Below are positions 9,958 through 19,383 of a DNA stretch of 64,000 nucleotides, one piece after another (position 1 is the first letter of the stretch; each line of letters opens with the position of its first letter). Under the pieces are notes generated by a model. That model searched no databases, was not told where the DNA came from, and worked only from the letters and a program-made list of their open reading frames with translations. Source of the DNA: an uncultured Chloroflexia bacterium (lineage in GTDB: Bacteria; Chloroflexota; Limnocylindria; Limnocylindrales; CSP1-4); the NCBI GenBank assembly GCA_963764975.1, contig CAVXUF010000002.1, positions 75,894-139,893 of the forward strand. Reading direction: 5' to 3'. Both the position numbers and the translations under genes were made by a program.

Positions 9958-10829
9958 CCGGTCGCGGCACGCCCCGCCGACCGATCCCGCGGGGCACCGG
10001 TCGGCGGGATCGGTCGGTCCGCCGGGCGTCGGCCGGACTGTCCAAGATCCGCGCCGGCGCCGCGCTGGTGGTGCTTCTCTCGGCGGCCGCGATGTACGGG
10101 GTCTCGAACTCGTCGGCGTTCGAATACGCGCGCGTCCGGGTCGATCCCGTCCCGCGGTTCACCGACCCGGCGGCGGTCGAGGCGGCCCTCGCACCGGCCC
10201 GGGGCCGGAACCTGTTCGCCATCGACACCGAACCACTCGAGGCGGTCCTGGAGGACCTCCGCACCGTGGCCTCGGCCCACGTGACGGTGGAGCTGCCGGG
10301 CACCCTGCTGGTCGCGATCCGGGAGCGGACGCCCATCCTGGTCTGGCAGATCGGTGAGCGACGGTTCCTGGCCGACGACGACGGGTTCCTCTTCGCGTCG
10401 CTCGACGATGGGGCCGCGAGCGACGCGACCGCCCTGCCGGTCATCGAGGACCATCGAGCGGCGTCGGCGGGCCTGGCGCTCGGTGGCCACGTCGCGACGG
10501 TGGACCTCGATGCGGCGACGCGTCTCGGATCGCTCGTCCCAGCCGACATCGGCAGCGTCGCCGAGCGGCTGACGGTCGCGCTCACCGATGAGAACGGGTT
10601 CGTCATCCGGACGCGCCCGGCATCGTGGAGCGCGATCTTCGGGTTCTACACCGCCAGCCTGCGGACGCCGACGCTGATCCCTGGGCAGGTCCGACTCCTG
10701 CGCAGCCTGCTCGTGGGCCGCGAGGCCGAGGTCGACCGCGTCATCCTCGCGAGCGAGACGGACGGGACCTTCACGCCGCTCGCGACCCCGGAACCCGACC
10801 CGTCCGCCGGACCGAGCCCGTCGCCATGA
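9954..10829 (+). CDS. ftsQ: Cell division protein FtsQ/DivIB (POTRA domain)
   Basis: Arg-rich cytoplasmic tail, single TM (GAALVVLLSAAAMYGV), then a periplasmic domain. Sits in the ddl-ftsA position. ATGA overlap with ddl. Confidence 0.75.
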   Translation: MTGRGTPRRPIPRGTGRRDRSVRRASAGLSKIRAGAALVVLLSAAAMYGVSNSSAFEYARVRVDPVPRFTDPAAVEAALAPARGRNLFAIDTEPLEAVLEDLRTVASAHVTVELPGTLLVAIRERTPILVWQIGERRFLADDDGFLFASLDDGAASDATALPVIEDHRAASAGLALGGHVATVDLDAATRLGSLVPADIGSVAERLTVALTDENGFVIRTRPASWSAIFGFYTASLRTPTLIPGQVRLLRSLLVGREAEVDRVILASETDGTFTPLATPEPDPSAGPSPSP

Positions 10830-10926
10830 GGGCCCTGCCGATGGCCGTGCATGCCGCCGAGGTTGGCGCGGCCTCGCGCGGTCAGGTAGCCTTGCTCAAA
10901 CCCACCGGAACGAGGACGACGTCGGC

Positions 10927-11250
10927 GTGCTGCTCCCCCTGCTCGGGCTCCTCGTGGGCGTCCTCGCAGGTCTTGTCCTCGATGTCACGGTCAGCTTCGA
11001 GCTCAGCCGGTACTCGGCGGTGGCCATCCTCGCGGCGCTCGATTCGGTGCTGGGCGCGGTCCGTGCAGAGCTCGATGGGGTCTACGACAATCGCATCTTC
11101 ATCAGCGGGTTCCTCGTCAACGCGATCATCGCGGTGCTGCTCACATTCATCGGCGATCGACTCGGTCTGGACCTGTACCTGGTGGCCCTGATCACGTTCG
11201 GTCTGCGCATCTTCAACAACGTGGCGCTCATCCGGCGGCACTTCCTCTAA
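10927..11250 (+). CDS. sbp: Small basic membrane protein Sbp (DUF1290 family)
   Basis: 107-aa hydrophobic protein between ftsQ and ftsA, as in Firmicutes-type dcw clusters. GTG start about 10 nt after GAGGA. Confidence 0.7.
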   Translation: MLLPLLGLLVGVLAGLVLDVTVSFELSRYSAVAILAALDSVLGAVRAELDGVYDNRIFISGFLVNAIIAVLLTFIGDRLGLDLYLVALITFGLRIFNNVALIRRHFL

Positions 11251-11279
11251 ACGGACGACACGGACGGGAGACGGACGAC

Positions 11280-12518
11280 ATGGTGGAACGGGAAGCGGTC
11301 CTGGTCGGCATCGACGTCGGCACGAGCAAGGTCTGCGCGCTCATCGGCGAGGTGAGCCGGGACGGCCGGCTGACGATCATGGGCCACGGCACCGTCCCCG
11401 CGTCCGGGCTCAAGAAGGGCGTCGTCATCAACATCGACCAGACCGTCCGCTCCATCGCGGACGCCGTCGAGCGCGCCGAGCGGCTGTCCGGCTGGAAGAT
11501 CGATCGTGCCTTCGTCGGCGTCGGCGGTCAGCATGTGGAGAGCATCAATTCGCCCGGCCAGGTCGCGGTCACCGCGCATCACCGCGAGGTCACGCGCGAG
11601 GACGTCAACCGCGCCATCGAAGTCGCGCGCGCTGTCTCGATCCCGTCGAACCGCGAGGTGCTGCACGTCGAGCGGCGCGGGTTCACCGTCGACGGCCAGG
11701 AAGGGGTCAAGGACCCGCTCGGGATGAGCGCCCTCCGACTCGAAGTCGAGACGCACATCGTCACCGCGTCGGCCACGGCGGTCCAGAACCTGACCAAGTG
11801 CGTGTCGGCAGCCGGGGTCAAGATCGACGAACTCGTCGCAGATTCGCTCGCGTCCGCCGAGGCGGTCCTGTCCGAGACCGAGAAGGAACTCGGCGTGGCC
11901 GTCGTCGACATCGGCGCTGGGACGATCGACCTGGCGCTCTTCCAGGAGGGCTCGCCGTTCCACACGCGCGTCCTGCCGGTGGGCGGCAACAACGTGACGA
12001 ACGACATCGCCTTCGGCTTGCAGACGAGCCTCCAGGTCGCCGAGGAACTCAAGATCCGCCACGGCACGTGCGACCTGCGCACCGTGGCCGAAGACGACGA
12101 CGAGATCTCGGTCTCGGTCCTCGGCGAGGATGCGGGCCGCACGGTCAGCCGCCTCGAGGTCTGCCAGATCGTCGAGGCGCGGATGCGCGAGACCTTCGAA
12201 CTCCTCGCCAACGAGATCCGCGCGGCCGGCGTCGGGATGCTGCCCGCCGGGGTGATCCTGACCGGTGGCGCGGCGCAGCTCGCGGGTGCCGCCGAACTGG
12301 GTCGGAGCGTGCTCCAGATGCCGGTCCGCGTCGCGGCGCCTGCGGGCATCGGGGGACTCGTCGATACGCTCCTCAACCCGTCCTACAGCACGGCCGTCGG
12401 GCTGCTGCAGTGGGGCGCGATCAGCCTCGCATCCGGCGAGCCGCTGCGCTACGAGTCCGCGCCCGGGAACGGCGGGCTGGGCCGGATCCGCGACGCCCTG
12501 CGGAGCATCTTCCCGTAA
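11280..12518 (+). CDS. ftsA: Cell division protein FtsA (actin-like ATPase)
   Basis: VGIDVGTSKVCALIGE phosphate-1 motif, DIGAGTIDLALF phosphate-2 motif, GGAAQLAG; directly upstream of ftsZ. Confidence 0.92.
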   Translation: MVEREAVLVGIDVGTSKVCALIGEVSRDGRLTIMGHGTVPASGLKKGVVINIDQTVRSIADAVERAERLSGWKIDRAFVGVGGQHVESINSPGQVAVTAHHREVTREDVNRAIEVARAVSIPSNREVLHVERRGFTVDGQEGVKDPLGMSALRLEVETHIVTASATAVQNLTKCVSAAGVKIDELVADSLASAEAVLSETEKELGVAVVDIGAGTIDLALFQEGSPFHTRVLPVGGNNVTNDIAFGLQTSLQVAEELKIRHGTCDLRTVAEDDDEISVSVLGEDAGRTVSRLEVCQIVEARMRETFELLANEIRAAGVGMLPAGVILTGGAAQLAGAAELGRSVLQMPVRVAAPAGIGGLVDTLLNPSYSTAVGLLQWGAISLASGEPLRYESAPGNGGLGRIRDALRSIFP

Positions 12519-12522
12519 GGAC

Positions 12523-12690
12523 GGTCGTGCTCACGGTCCGGACGTCCTGCCACTGCTGGCGTCGCCGTCGCTGACGGTGCCGGTGCTCGCCGGCCACCTG
12601 GCGCTCGGGACGTGGCAGTCCATCTGCCTGTTGGACCCCAATCGGGACAACGCCACGCGGCAGGTCCGGCTCTCGTTCGTGCCGGGCTGA
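12523..12690 (+). pseudogene. Remnant of a UPF0047/YjbQ-family gene (C-terminal third only)
   Basis: The translation ..[46 protein letters not shown] parallels the conserved YjbQ C-terminus (..SLLGTSLVLPV..G....GTWQGI..). No start codon leaves room for the missing ~90 N-terminal residues, because the upstream part of this frame lies inside ftsA. Confidence 0.45.
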
Positions 12691-12730
12691 CCCTCGGACC
12701 AACGGCCGGTGCGCGACGGCACCGACGCCC

Positions 12731-12761
12731 TTGTCCTGCCACACCGGTCCGGCGCTATACT
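12731..12761 (+). promoter_or_regulatory. Candidate ftsZ promoter (TTGTCC - 19 nt - TATACT)
   Basis: TATACT at 12756..12761 lies within GCTATACTCCG, an 11-mer that recurs at the 61735 promoter candidate. It sits ~95 nt upstream of the ftsZ ATG. Confidence 0.3.
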
Positions 12762-12857
12762 CCGCACCTACCACGGACCCGCTCGTGTCCCGAGTTCCTG
12801 AAGGGTCCCCGATGTACGCCGATCGCCACCCGCCAAGGGTCGCTGGAGGAGAGCTCG

Positions 12858-14108
12858 ATGACGCTGCGGTCCGACTCCGAGAACTTCGCGCTCATCCGCG
12901 TCATCGGTGTCGGCGGGGGCGGCAGCAATGCCGTCAACCGCATGATCCGGGCCGAGATGATGGGCGTGGAGTTCATCGCCTGCAACACCGATTCGCAGGC
13001 GCTCCTCCAGTCGGACGCGCCCCACAAGATCCGGATCGGCGACAAGGTCACGCGCGGCCTGGGCGCCGGCGGTGACTCGACGATCGGTCAGCGGTCGGCG
13101 GAGGAGGACTCCGAGAAGATCGCCGCGGCGCTCGAGGACTCGGACATGGTGTTCATCACTGCCGGGCTCGGTGGCGGGACCGGGTCGGGTGCGGCGCCGG
13201 TGGTCGCGCAGATCGCCAAGGAGAGCGGCGCGCTCACGATCGGCGTCGTGACCAAGCCGTTCGCGTTCGAAGGCAACAAGCGCAAGCTCGTGGCGGAGAA
13301 GGCGGCCGAGGAGCTCAAGGCCCAGGTCGACGCGCTCATCACGATCCCCAACGACCGGCTGAAGGACGTCGTCCAGAAGAACACGAGCATCCTCGACGCG
13401 TTCCGCGTCGTCGACGACGTCCTGCGCCAGGGCGTCCAGGGCATCAGCGACATCATCACGGTCCCGGGGCTGATCAACCAGGACTTCGCCGATGTCCGGG
13501 CGATCATGAAGGACGCCGGCTCGGCGCTCATGGGCATCGGCCACGCGTCCGGCGAGAACCGCGCCGTGGAGGCCGCTCGCCAGGCCATCGCCAGTCCGCT
13601 CCTCGAGCTGGACATCAACGGCGCCCAGGGCATCCTCTGGAACATCACCGGCTCCTCGAGCCTGTCGCTGTTCGAGGTCCAGGAGGCCGCCGAGGCGATC
13701 AAGGAAGCGGCCGATCCCGAGGCCAACATCATCTTCGGCACCAGCTTCAACGAGCGGCTCGGCGACGAGGTCATGGTCACGGTCATCGCGACCGGCTTCG
13801 ATGGCGGCCGCAAGCGTCACACGAGCAGCCGCGAGGCGACCGGCGTCATGGATACGACGATCTCCGGCCGCGCGCCGCGCGAACGCGACTTCCTCGACGA
13901 ACTCCAGCGCCAGCGCGACGAAGCGGTGGACCACACGGTCGACCCATCGGTCGGGCGGGACGACGAGGTGGCCGCGCTCGTGGGTGGACCGCGCGTCGAG
14001 CGTGCGCCCGCGATCGAACGGTCGGTGGGTGAGGCGCCGCGCGCCAAGCGGCCGACGACCTACGACGCGGACGATCTCGAGATCCCGAGCTTCCTCCGCC
14101 GCAAGTGA
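12858..14108 (+). CDS. ftsZ: Cell division GTPase FtsZ
   Basis: [17 protein letters not shown] and [15 protein letters not shown] tubulin signature; C-terminal [12 protein letters not shown] peptide. ATG 12858 is preceded by GGAGGAG. The 12612.. ORF extension is non-coding. Confidence 0.95.
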   Translation: MTLRSDSENFALIRVIGVGGGGSNAVNRMIRAEMMGVEFIACNTDSQALLQSDAPHKIRIGDKVTRGLGAGGDSTIGQRSAEEDSEKIAAALEDSDMVFITAGLGGGTGSGAAPVVAQIAKESGALTIGVVTKPFAFEGNKRKLVAEKAAEELKAQVDALITIPNDRLKDVVQKNTSILDAFRVVDDVLRQGVQGISDIITVPGLINQDFADVRAIMKDAGSALMGIGHASGENRAVEAARQAIASPLLELDINGAQGILWNITGSSSLSLFEVQEAAEAIKEAADPEANIIFGTSFNERLGDEVMVTVIATGFDGGRKRHTSSREATGVMDTTISGRAPRERDFLDELQRQRDEAVDHTVDPSVGRDDEVAALVGGPRVERAPAIERSVGEAPRAKRPTTYDADDLEIPSFLRRK

Positions 14109-14136
14109 ACCGCGCCGGCGACCGGCCGGCCGCGCC

Positions 14137-14856
14137 ATGACCGAACCCGATGCCGCGGCGATCGCCGGCCTGGCTGCGGCGCGCGTCGCGGTGCTTGACC
14201 GGATCGCGGCCGCCTGTGCCCGCGTCGGCCGGGACCCAGCCGAGGTGACGCTGCTCGCCGTCTCGAAGACCGTCAACGCAAGTCGGCTGCGTGCCGCGGT
14301 GGCCGCGGGCTTGTCCGACCTCGGCGAGAACCGCGTCCAGGAGGGCGTGGCGAAGGCGCCCGACGTCCCAGGTGCGACGTGGCACCTGATCGGACCACTC
14401 CAGTCGAACAAGGCGCGCCGGGCGCTCGAGGTGTTCGACACGATCCAGTCGGTGGATTCGGTCGATCTCGCGATCCGGCTCGACCGCATCGCGGAGGAGA
14501 TCCGGCCGGGCCGGCCGTATCCGATCCTGGTCCAGGTGAACGTCGATCGCGACCCCGCGAAGGCCGGCTTCCAGCCGGACGACCTCGATGCCGCCCTCCC
14601 GGCGATGCTGGCTCTGCCGAACGTCGCGGTCGGTGGTCTCATGACCGTCGGCCGGGTTGCCGCGGATGTCGAGGACGCGCGCGCCACGTTCCGCGGCCTG
14701 TCCACGCTCGCGAGACAGACGCGGGAAGCGCACCCGGGCCTCGGCCCTGCGCTTTCCATGGGCATGTCGGACGACTTCGAGCTCGCCATCGAGGAGGGGG
14801 CGACGGTGGTTCGCGTGGGCCGAGCGCTGTTCGGTGAGCGCGTCCTGGCGCCCTGA
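14137..14856 (+). CDS. yggS: PLP-binding protein, YggS/YlmE (PROSC) family
   Basis: ..VTLLAVSKT.. (PLP-lysine context), ..HLIGPLQSNK.., ..LSMGMSDDFELAIEEGAT.VRVG..; typical post-ftsZ position. Confidence 0.85.
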   Translation: MTEPDAAAIAGLAAARVAVLDRIAAACARVGRDPAEVTLLAVSKTVNASRLRAAVAAGLSDLGENRVQEGVAKAPDVPGATWHLIGPLQSNKARRALEVFDTIQSVDSVDLAIRLDRIAEEIRPGRPYPILVQVNVDRDPAKAGFQPDDLDAALPAMLALPNVAVGGLMTVGRVAADVEDARATFRGLSTLARQTREAHPGLGPALSMGMSDDFELAIEEGATVVRVGRALFGERVLAP

Positions 14857-14915
14857 CCGCGAGTCCCGCCCGCGGCTGCTAGACTCCCGGCGACCCCGCC
14901 GTTCCGTTCACCGAT

Positions 14916-15221
14916 GTGGACACACCACCAGCGAGTCCCTTGCCACCACCCGAAGCGCGGTTCACCGTGCGCCTCACGCCACGTGCCGCTCGGGATCAGG
15001 TCGACGGCGTCCTGGACGGGGTCCTCAAGGCGCGTGTCTCAGCGCCGGCCGTCGAAGGTGCGGCGAACCAGGCGCTCATCCGGCTGCTGGCCGAGGAGCT
15101 TGGCGTGGCCCGCCGCGATGTGCGCATCGTGGCCGGGGCGACGGCCCGCGAGAAGCTCGTGGTGGTGGAGACCGTGGATCCCGCCACGATCGTTGCCCGA
15201 TGGCCCGGCCTGCGGGTATGA
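14916..15221 (+). CDS. DUF167 (YggU-like) protein
   Basis: ..RLTPRAARDQVDG.....LKARVSAPAVEGAANQALIRLLAEELGV....VRIVAGATAREK.. matches the DUF167 pattern. GTG start. Confidence 0.75.
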   Translation: MDTPPASPLPPPEARFTVRLTPRAARDQVDGVLDGVLKARVSAPAVEGAANQALIRLLAEELGVARRDVRIVAGATAREKLVVVETVDPATIVARWPGLRV

Positions 15222-15261
15222 TCGCCGCCTCGTCCGGCGCCTGAGCGCGCCGTGACCCCTC

Positions 15262-15338
<77 letters not shown>

Positions 15339-15357
15339 CCCCCGGACCCTCCATGGC

Positions 15358-15795
15358 CTATGGGTCGCCCGCGTCGATGAGCAGCGGGAGGAGATCCGAC
15401 GCGGACACGACCCCGATCGGCGTCCGGTCGTCATCCGCGACGATCACCAGCCGGTGGACATCGTGTCGTTCGAGGCGGCGGGCGGCTTCGGCCAGGGTCA
15501 TCCCGACGCGCGCCGTGACCACCGGTCGCGTCATGGCGTGGCGCGCGGTGTAGCCCGCCCAGGGGTGTCGACCCGGGCCGACCATGGCCGCCACGCGGAT
15601 GAGATCGGTCTGGCTGATGACCCCGACCAGGCACCCGCTCGAGTCGAGCACCGGGACGCCGGTCACGTCGTTCTCTGCGAGGATCTCGGCGACCTCGTCG
15701 AGCGGCATGTCGACCCCGACCGTCACCGGATATGGGGTCATGACCGCGCCGATCGTCAGCGGTTCATCGGCTGGAAACGTCCGATGGTGACGCAT
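15358..15795 (-). CDS. CBS-domain pair protein
   Basis: Two CBS repeats (..VMTPYPVTVGVDMPLDEVAEILAENDVTGVPVLD.. and ..HAMTRPVVTARVGMTLAEAARRLERHDVHRLVIV..). ATG at 15795 lies 4 nt after the USP stop. The longer ORF to 15891 overlaps the USP gene. Confidence 0.8.
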   Translation of the reverse strand: MRHHRTFPADEPLTIGAVMTPYPVTVGVDMPLDEVAEILAENDVTGVPVLDSSGCLVGVISQTDLIRVAAMVGPGRHPWAGYTARHAMTRPVVTARVGMTLAEAARRLERHDVHRLVIVADDDRTPIGVVSASDLLPLLIDAGDP

Positions 15796-15799
15796 GGCG

Positions 15800-16705
15800 T
15801 CATCCCGTCTGGTGCGACGGTCCGCCACCGACGAGGACGGAGACCGACGCATGCTCGAGGACGTTGCGCGACACGCTGCCGAGCAGGCCACGGGTGATCG
15901 CGCCCTGGCGTCGCGACCCCACGACGATCAGTTCGGCGCCCCAGGCCGCGGCCTCGGCGAGGATCTCCTGGGCGGCATCGCCCTCGCGGGTCACGGTGCT
16001 GGTCTTGAGCCCGTTCGCCCGCAGCTGTTCGGCGGCACGCTCCGCCTCCGTCGCGACATCCCGGCGGGACGCCTCGCGCGCGTCGACATACGCGGACGCG
16101 ACCCACGATGCGTCGGCGGCCATCCCCGTCCACCACGGGATCGGGACATCCACCACGCTGATCACGCGAGCCTCGACGCCGGCGAGGAACCCGTCCTTGC
16201 CGATCATCGTGGCGGCCCCGATCGCCGACGGCGACGCGTCCGTCGCGACAAGGACGCCATGGATCGACCGTCCGCGAGCGACGAGGACCGGGCAGGGTGC
16301 GTGCCCGACGACCTCGGCCGAAACGGAGCCGAGCAGCATCCGGTCGAGCGTCCCATGACCGCGAGCGCCAAGGACGATGAGGTCCGCACGCTCCCGGGCG
16401 GCCTCGGCGAGGAGCTGGGTCGCGGCCCGACCGCGAAGTAGCCGCGTGTCGATGACCAGCCCGGGTTGGGCCAGGCGATCGGCGGCCGCCCGCAGCTCCG
16501 TCCGGATGTCGGCCTCGAGCCGCTCCCGGATCTCGGGTGCCTGGATCATCGCCGGCCCTGGCCACGGCCCGCCGAAGACATCAACGTCGTCGGGGAGGGC
16601 GGTCACGATCGTGATCATCGTGTCGCTCGGCCAGGCGATCGACGCGACGAGGTCGATCCCCAGGGCGGACGGTCCGGAGCCGTCGATGGCCAGCAGGACG
16701 CGCAT
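15800..16705 (-). CDS. Universal stress protein, tandem USP domains
   Basis: MRVLLAIDGS.. and ..VLVATDASPSA.. N-termini of two UspA-type domains, each ending ..GS(V/R).....PV(L)V.. GAGGAGG lies upstream of the ATG. Confidence 0.85.
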   Translation of the reverse strand: MRVLLAIDGSGPSALGIDLVASIAWPSDTMITIVTALPDDVDVFGGPWPGPAMIQAPEIRERLEADIRTELRAAADRLAQPGLVIDTRLLRGRAATQLLAEAARERADLIVLGARGHGTLDRMLLGSVSAEVVGHAPCPVLVARGRSIHGVLVATDASPSAIGAATMIGKDGFLAGVEARVISVVDVPIPWWTGMAADASWVASAYVDAREASRRDVATEAERAAEQLRANGLKTSTVTREGDAAQEILAEAAAWGAELIVVGSRRQGAITRGLLGSVSRNVLEHASVSVLVGGGPSHQTG

Positions 16706-16726
16706 GTCAGCCTCCTCGTAGGTCGG

Positions 16727-17884
16727 TCAGACCCGCCCCTTCGGGACGGTGTGCCAATACGTCTTGTTGAAGACGATCTTGCCGAGGTGCCACAGCTGGT
16801 TCGGCTTCGGCGGGCGGGGCGGATGGTCGTAGTCGAACTGGAGCAGGGTGCCCTTCCCGTCCCCGATCTCGAAGAAGCACATCACCTTGCCCTCGTAATC
16901 GGCGTGCTTGCCGGACGGGACGCGACCCTCGATCAGCGCGCTGATCCGCTCGACCACCACGGGTGCCTCGAAGTGCGCGGTCGACCCGGCCTTGGACAGC
17001 GGGAGATCCGTCGCATCGCCAAGAGCGAAGACGTTCGGGCGTCCCCCGACCTCGAGCGTGTGCCGGTCGGTCGGGAGCCAGCCGCCCGGCGCAGGTGCCA
17101 GGCCGGAGTCCATGAGGAACTGCTGGCCCTTGTGCGGCGGGACGAGGATCAGCAGGTCGTAGGGCAGCTCCTCGCCCTCGAGGCTGATGACCATCTTCCG
17201 TTCCGGGTCGATCGCCTCGACATTGAAGAACGTGTGCAACTCGATGCCCTTGGACTCCAGGATCGGCGTCGCCATCTCGCTGACGCTCTCGATCGTGAAC
17301 GCGCGGCCGATCGGCGAGCAGTAGTCGATCGTCGTCGACTCCCGGAGACCGCGCTCGCGCAGTTCGGACTCGATGAGGAACGTGACCTCCAGCGGGGCTG
17401 GTGGGCACTTGTAGGGCATCCCGGCGATGCCGACGACGATTCTCCCGCCCTCGAAGGCGTCGAGCGCCGCCCGCAGGCGGGCTGCCGCGTCGGCGGTATA
17501 GAAGTGGTGCGCCTCCGTATCGAAGTGCTCGATCGCCTCCGGGACGATCCGCGAGCCCGACGCGATCACGAGGTAGTCATAGTCGAGCTCGAACCCGTCG
17601 GTCATCCGGACGCGTCGCTCGTCCTCATCGACGCCGGCGACCTCGCCGACGACCAGCGTCACGCGCGTGTCGAGCAGCGATCGCTCCGGGCGCTGCAGGT
17701 TCTTCGCGATCTCCCCTCCCATCGCGATGTACATGAACCCGGGCTGGTAGACGTGCTGGCCGTGGGCGTCGACGACGATGACTTCCACCGTGCCGGCATC
17801 GATGCGGCGGCGCAGTTTGCGCGCGAGCAGGTTCGCGGTCAGCGTTCCGCCGACCCCGCCCCCGAGGATGAGGATCCGCTGCAT
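16727..17884 (-). CDS. sqr: Sulfide:quinone oxidoreductase-type FAD-dependent disulfide oxidoreductase
   Basis: ILILGGGVGGTLTAN dinucleotide fold, PYKCPPAP cysteine motif, GDATDLPLSKAGSTAHF, and a second Cys in KVMCFFEIG. Start MQRIL at 17884; the longer ORF overlaps the upstream gene. Confidence 0.8.
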   Translation of the reverse strand: MQRILILGGGVGGTLTANLLARKLRRRIDAGTVEVIVVDAHGQHVYQPGFMYIAMGGEIAKNLQRPERSLLDTRVTLVVGEVAGVDEDERRVRMTDGFELDYDYLVIASGSRIVPEAIEHFDTEAHHFYTADAAARLRAALDAFEGGRIVVGIAGMPYKCPPAPLEVTFLIESELRERGLRESTTIDYCSPIGRAFTIESVSEMATPILESKGIELHTFFNVEAIDPERKMVISLEGEELPYDLLILVPPHKGQQFLMDSGLAPAPGGWLPTDRHTLEVGGRPNVFALGDATDLPLSKAGSTAHFEAPVVVERISALIEGRVPSGKHADYEGKVMCFFEIGDGKGTLLQFDYDHPPRPPKPNQLWHLGKIVFNKTYWHTVPKGRV

Positions 17885-17892
17885 CAGGTCTC

Positions 17893-18138
17893 CTAGCGTC
17901 GCTTCTCGACGACGATCTCGTCGTAGCCTTCCCGTTGCGTCACGCCGAGGAGACCGTGGCCGGCCTTCTCGACCCACTTGGGGATGTCCGTCCGTGAGCC
18001 GTGATCGGTGGAGTGCACGGAGATCACGTCGCCGATGGCGCCCTCGCGGATCGCCCGGATGAGCTCCATCAGCGGTCCCGGGCAGTAGCTGCCGCGGGCA
18101 TCGACCACGCGCGTGATCGTCGTCATGGTCTCGGTCAT
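17893..18138 (-). CDS. tusA: TusA/SirA-family sulfur carrier
   Basis: ~81 aa with the [13 protein letters not shown] (Cys-Pro-x-Pro) active-site motif. Confidence 0.8.
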   Translation of the reverse strand: MTETMTTITRVVDARGSYCPGPLMELIRAIREGAIGDVISVHSTDHGSRTDIPKWVEKAGHGLLGVTQREGYDEIVVEKRR

Positions 18139-18155
18139 GTCGGTCTCGCTCCTGG

Positions 18156-18710
18156 CTAGATGAAGAGGGGAACGGAGTCTTCGGTCATCAGGCCGATCAC
18201 CGTGGCCGCGCCCGCGGGCTCGCCCATGCCCTCGATCATGTCCTCGGGCTTGAGCCCGAACATGTCCATGGTCATCTGGCACGGGATGAACTCGACGCCG
18301 AGGTCCTGGGCCGCTTCGAGCAGCTCCTTGGGGCTCGCGACGTTGTACTGCTTGGCGAGCTTGCCCATCATCCAGGGACCCATGCCAAGGAAGTTCATCT
18401 TCGAGAGCTTGCGGTGGCTGATGCCCGGGCGCTGCATCGCCGAAAGCATCTTCTGCATCCAGTTCTCGCCGGTGATCCGGCGCTGGTCCTTGACGAAGAC
18501 CTGGAGCCCCCAGAAGGTGACGAAGACCCGCGTCTTGACACCCATGGCGGCGCTCGTCGATGCGAGGATCATGGCCGCCCAGACCTTCTCGAGGTCGCCG
18601 CTGTAGTTGATGATCAGGATGTCCTTGACCTTCGTCACGGCACCCTCAGCCGGCGCTGGCTGCGCGCTCGTGACGTTGGTGGGAGCGTCCAGGATCGCGG
18701 TGGTCATGGC
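18156..18710 (-). CDS. DsrE/DsrF-like (DrsE_2 type) sulfur-relay protein
   Basis: ..[35 protein letters not shown].. and the conserved Cys context [12 protein letters not shown]; ends ..PLFI. ATG at 18710. Confidence 0.75.
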   Translation of the reverse strand, partial: AMTTAILDAPTNVTSAQPAPAEGAVTKVKDILIINYSGDLEKVWAAMILASTSAAMGVKTRVFVTFWGLQVFVKDQRRITGENWMQKMLSAMQRPGISHRKLSKMNFLGMGPWMMGKLAKQYNVASPKELLEAAQDLGVEFIPCQMTMDMFGLKPEDMIEGMGEPAGAATVIGLMTEDSVPLFI

Positions 18711-18715
18711 TGGCC

Positions 18716-18952
18716 TCACTTCCGGCGGATGACGAAGCGGTAGACGGCGCCGTCGCTCGTCTGCTCGACGAGTTCGTTGCCCGTCGAGCGGCACCAGGCC
18801 GCCACGTCCTTGATGGAGCCCGGATCGGTCGCGAGCAATTCGATGACCGCTCCGCTGCTCAGGGACCTCGCGGCCTGGGCCGTCTTGACGATCGGCATCG
18901 GGCACGACAGCCCTCGGGCGTCGATCGTCTGGGTGATCTCGACGACTGGCAT
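18716..18952 (-). CDS. tusA: TusA/SirA-family sulfur carrier (second copy)
   Basis: ARGLSCPMPIVKT motif. AAGGAG lies 6 nt before ATG 18952; the ORF-track start at 18967 is an upstream GTG that contains this RBS. Confidence 0.8.
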   Translation of the reverse strand: MPVVEITQTIDARGLSCPMPIVKTAQAARSLSSGAVIELLATDPGSIKDVAAWCRSTGNELVEQTSDGAVYRFVIRRK

Positions 18953-18969
18953 CGGTGGCTCCTTCACGT

Positions 18970-19383
18970 TCAGATGAAGACGATCTGGCCCTCGCCGGCG
19001 TTGAGGTAGAAGGCGGTCACGCCCTCCACGCCATCGACGAGGGGGTCGAGGTCGTCAGCCTCGATCTGCAGGAGGTCCATCGACAGCGAGCACGCCTCGA
19101 TGTCCACACCGCCGAGGTCCTTGGCCTGGCGGAGGGTCTCGGCCCAGCTCGCCTGTCCGGCTGCGGACAGGGCGTCCACGGCGGCGCGGCCGTCAGCACC
19201 TGCCTCGGCGGCGAGACCGTGATCCCGGCCGATGCGGTCCGCGCGAAACGCGTCCAGCGCCCAGTACTGCAGGAAGATGTTCACGGGCTTGCCGAGAGCG
19301 GCGGCGCCGGCCGTCAGCACGGCCGCGGCCTGCAGCTTGTCGTCCGTCCCGGAGAACAGGACCAGGTTCAGGGGTTCATCCAT
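18970..19383 (-). CDS. DsrE/DsrF-like (DrsE_2 type) protein, short form
   Basis: ..LNLVLFSGTDDKLQAAAVLTAGAAALG..NIFLQYWAL.. and IEACSLSMDLL; ends ..IVFI like the 18156 paralog. First gene of the operon. Confidence 0.7.
   Translation of the reverse strand: MDEPLNLVLFSGTDDKLQAAAVLTAGAAALGKPVNIFLQYWALDAFRADRIGRDHGLAAEAGADGRAAVDALSAAGQASWAETLRQAKDLGGVDIEACSLSMDLLQIEADDLDPLVDGVEGVTAFYLNAGEGQIVFI

Noticed and set aside
10830-10926. ftsQ-sbp spacer examined for a promoter or small RNA.
   Set aside because: Only a weak SD (GAGGA) for sbp. No convincing -35/-10 pair or hairpin.
12768-14789. 673-aa minus-strand ORF antisense to ftsZ/yggS. Similar long ORFs occur at 102..1064(-), 3804..5510(-), 19-22 kb (+), 47848..50442(-), 52627..55539(+) and 61650..63254(-).
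   Set aside because: They lie opposite to, or out of frame with, genes that have clear family motifs. Their translations are Arg/Pro/Gly-rich low-complexity sequence. Stop codons are simply rare in such GC-rich DNA.
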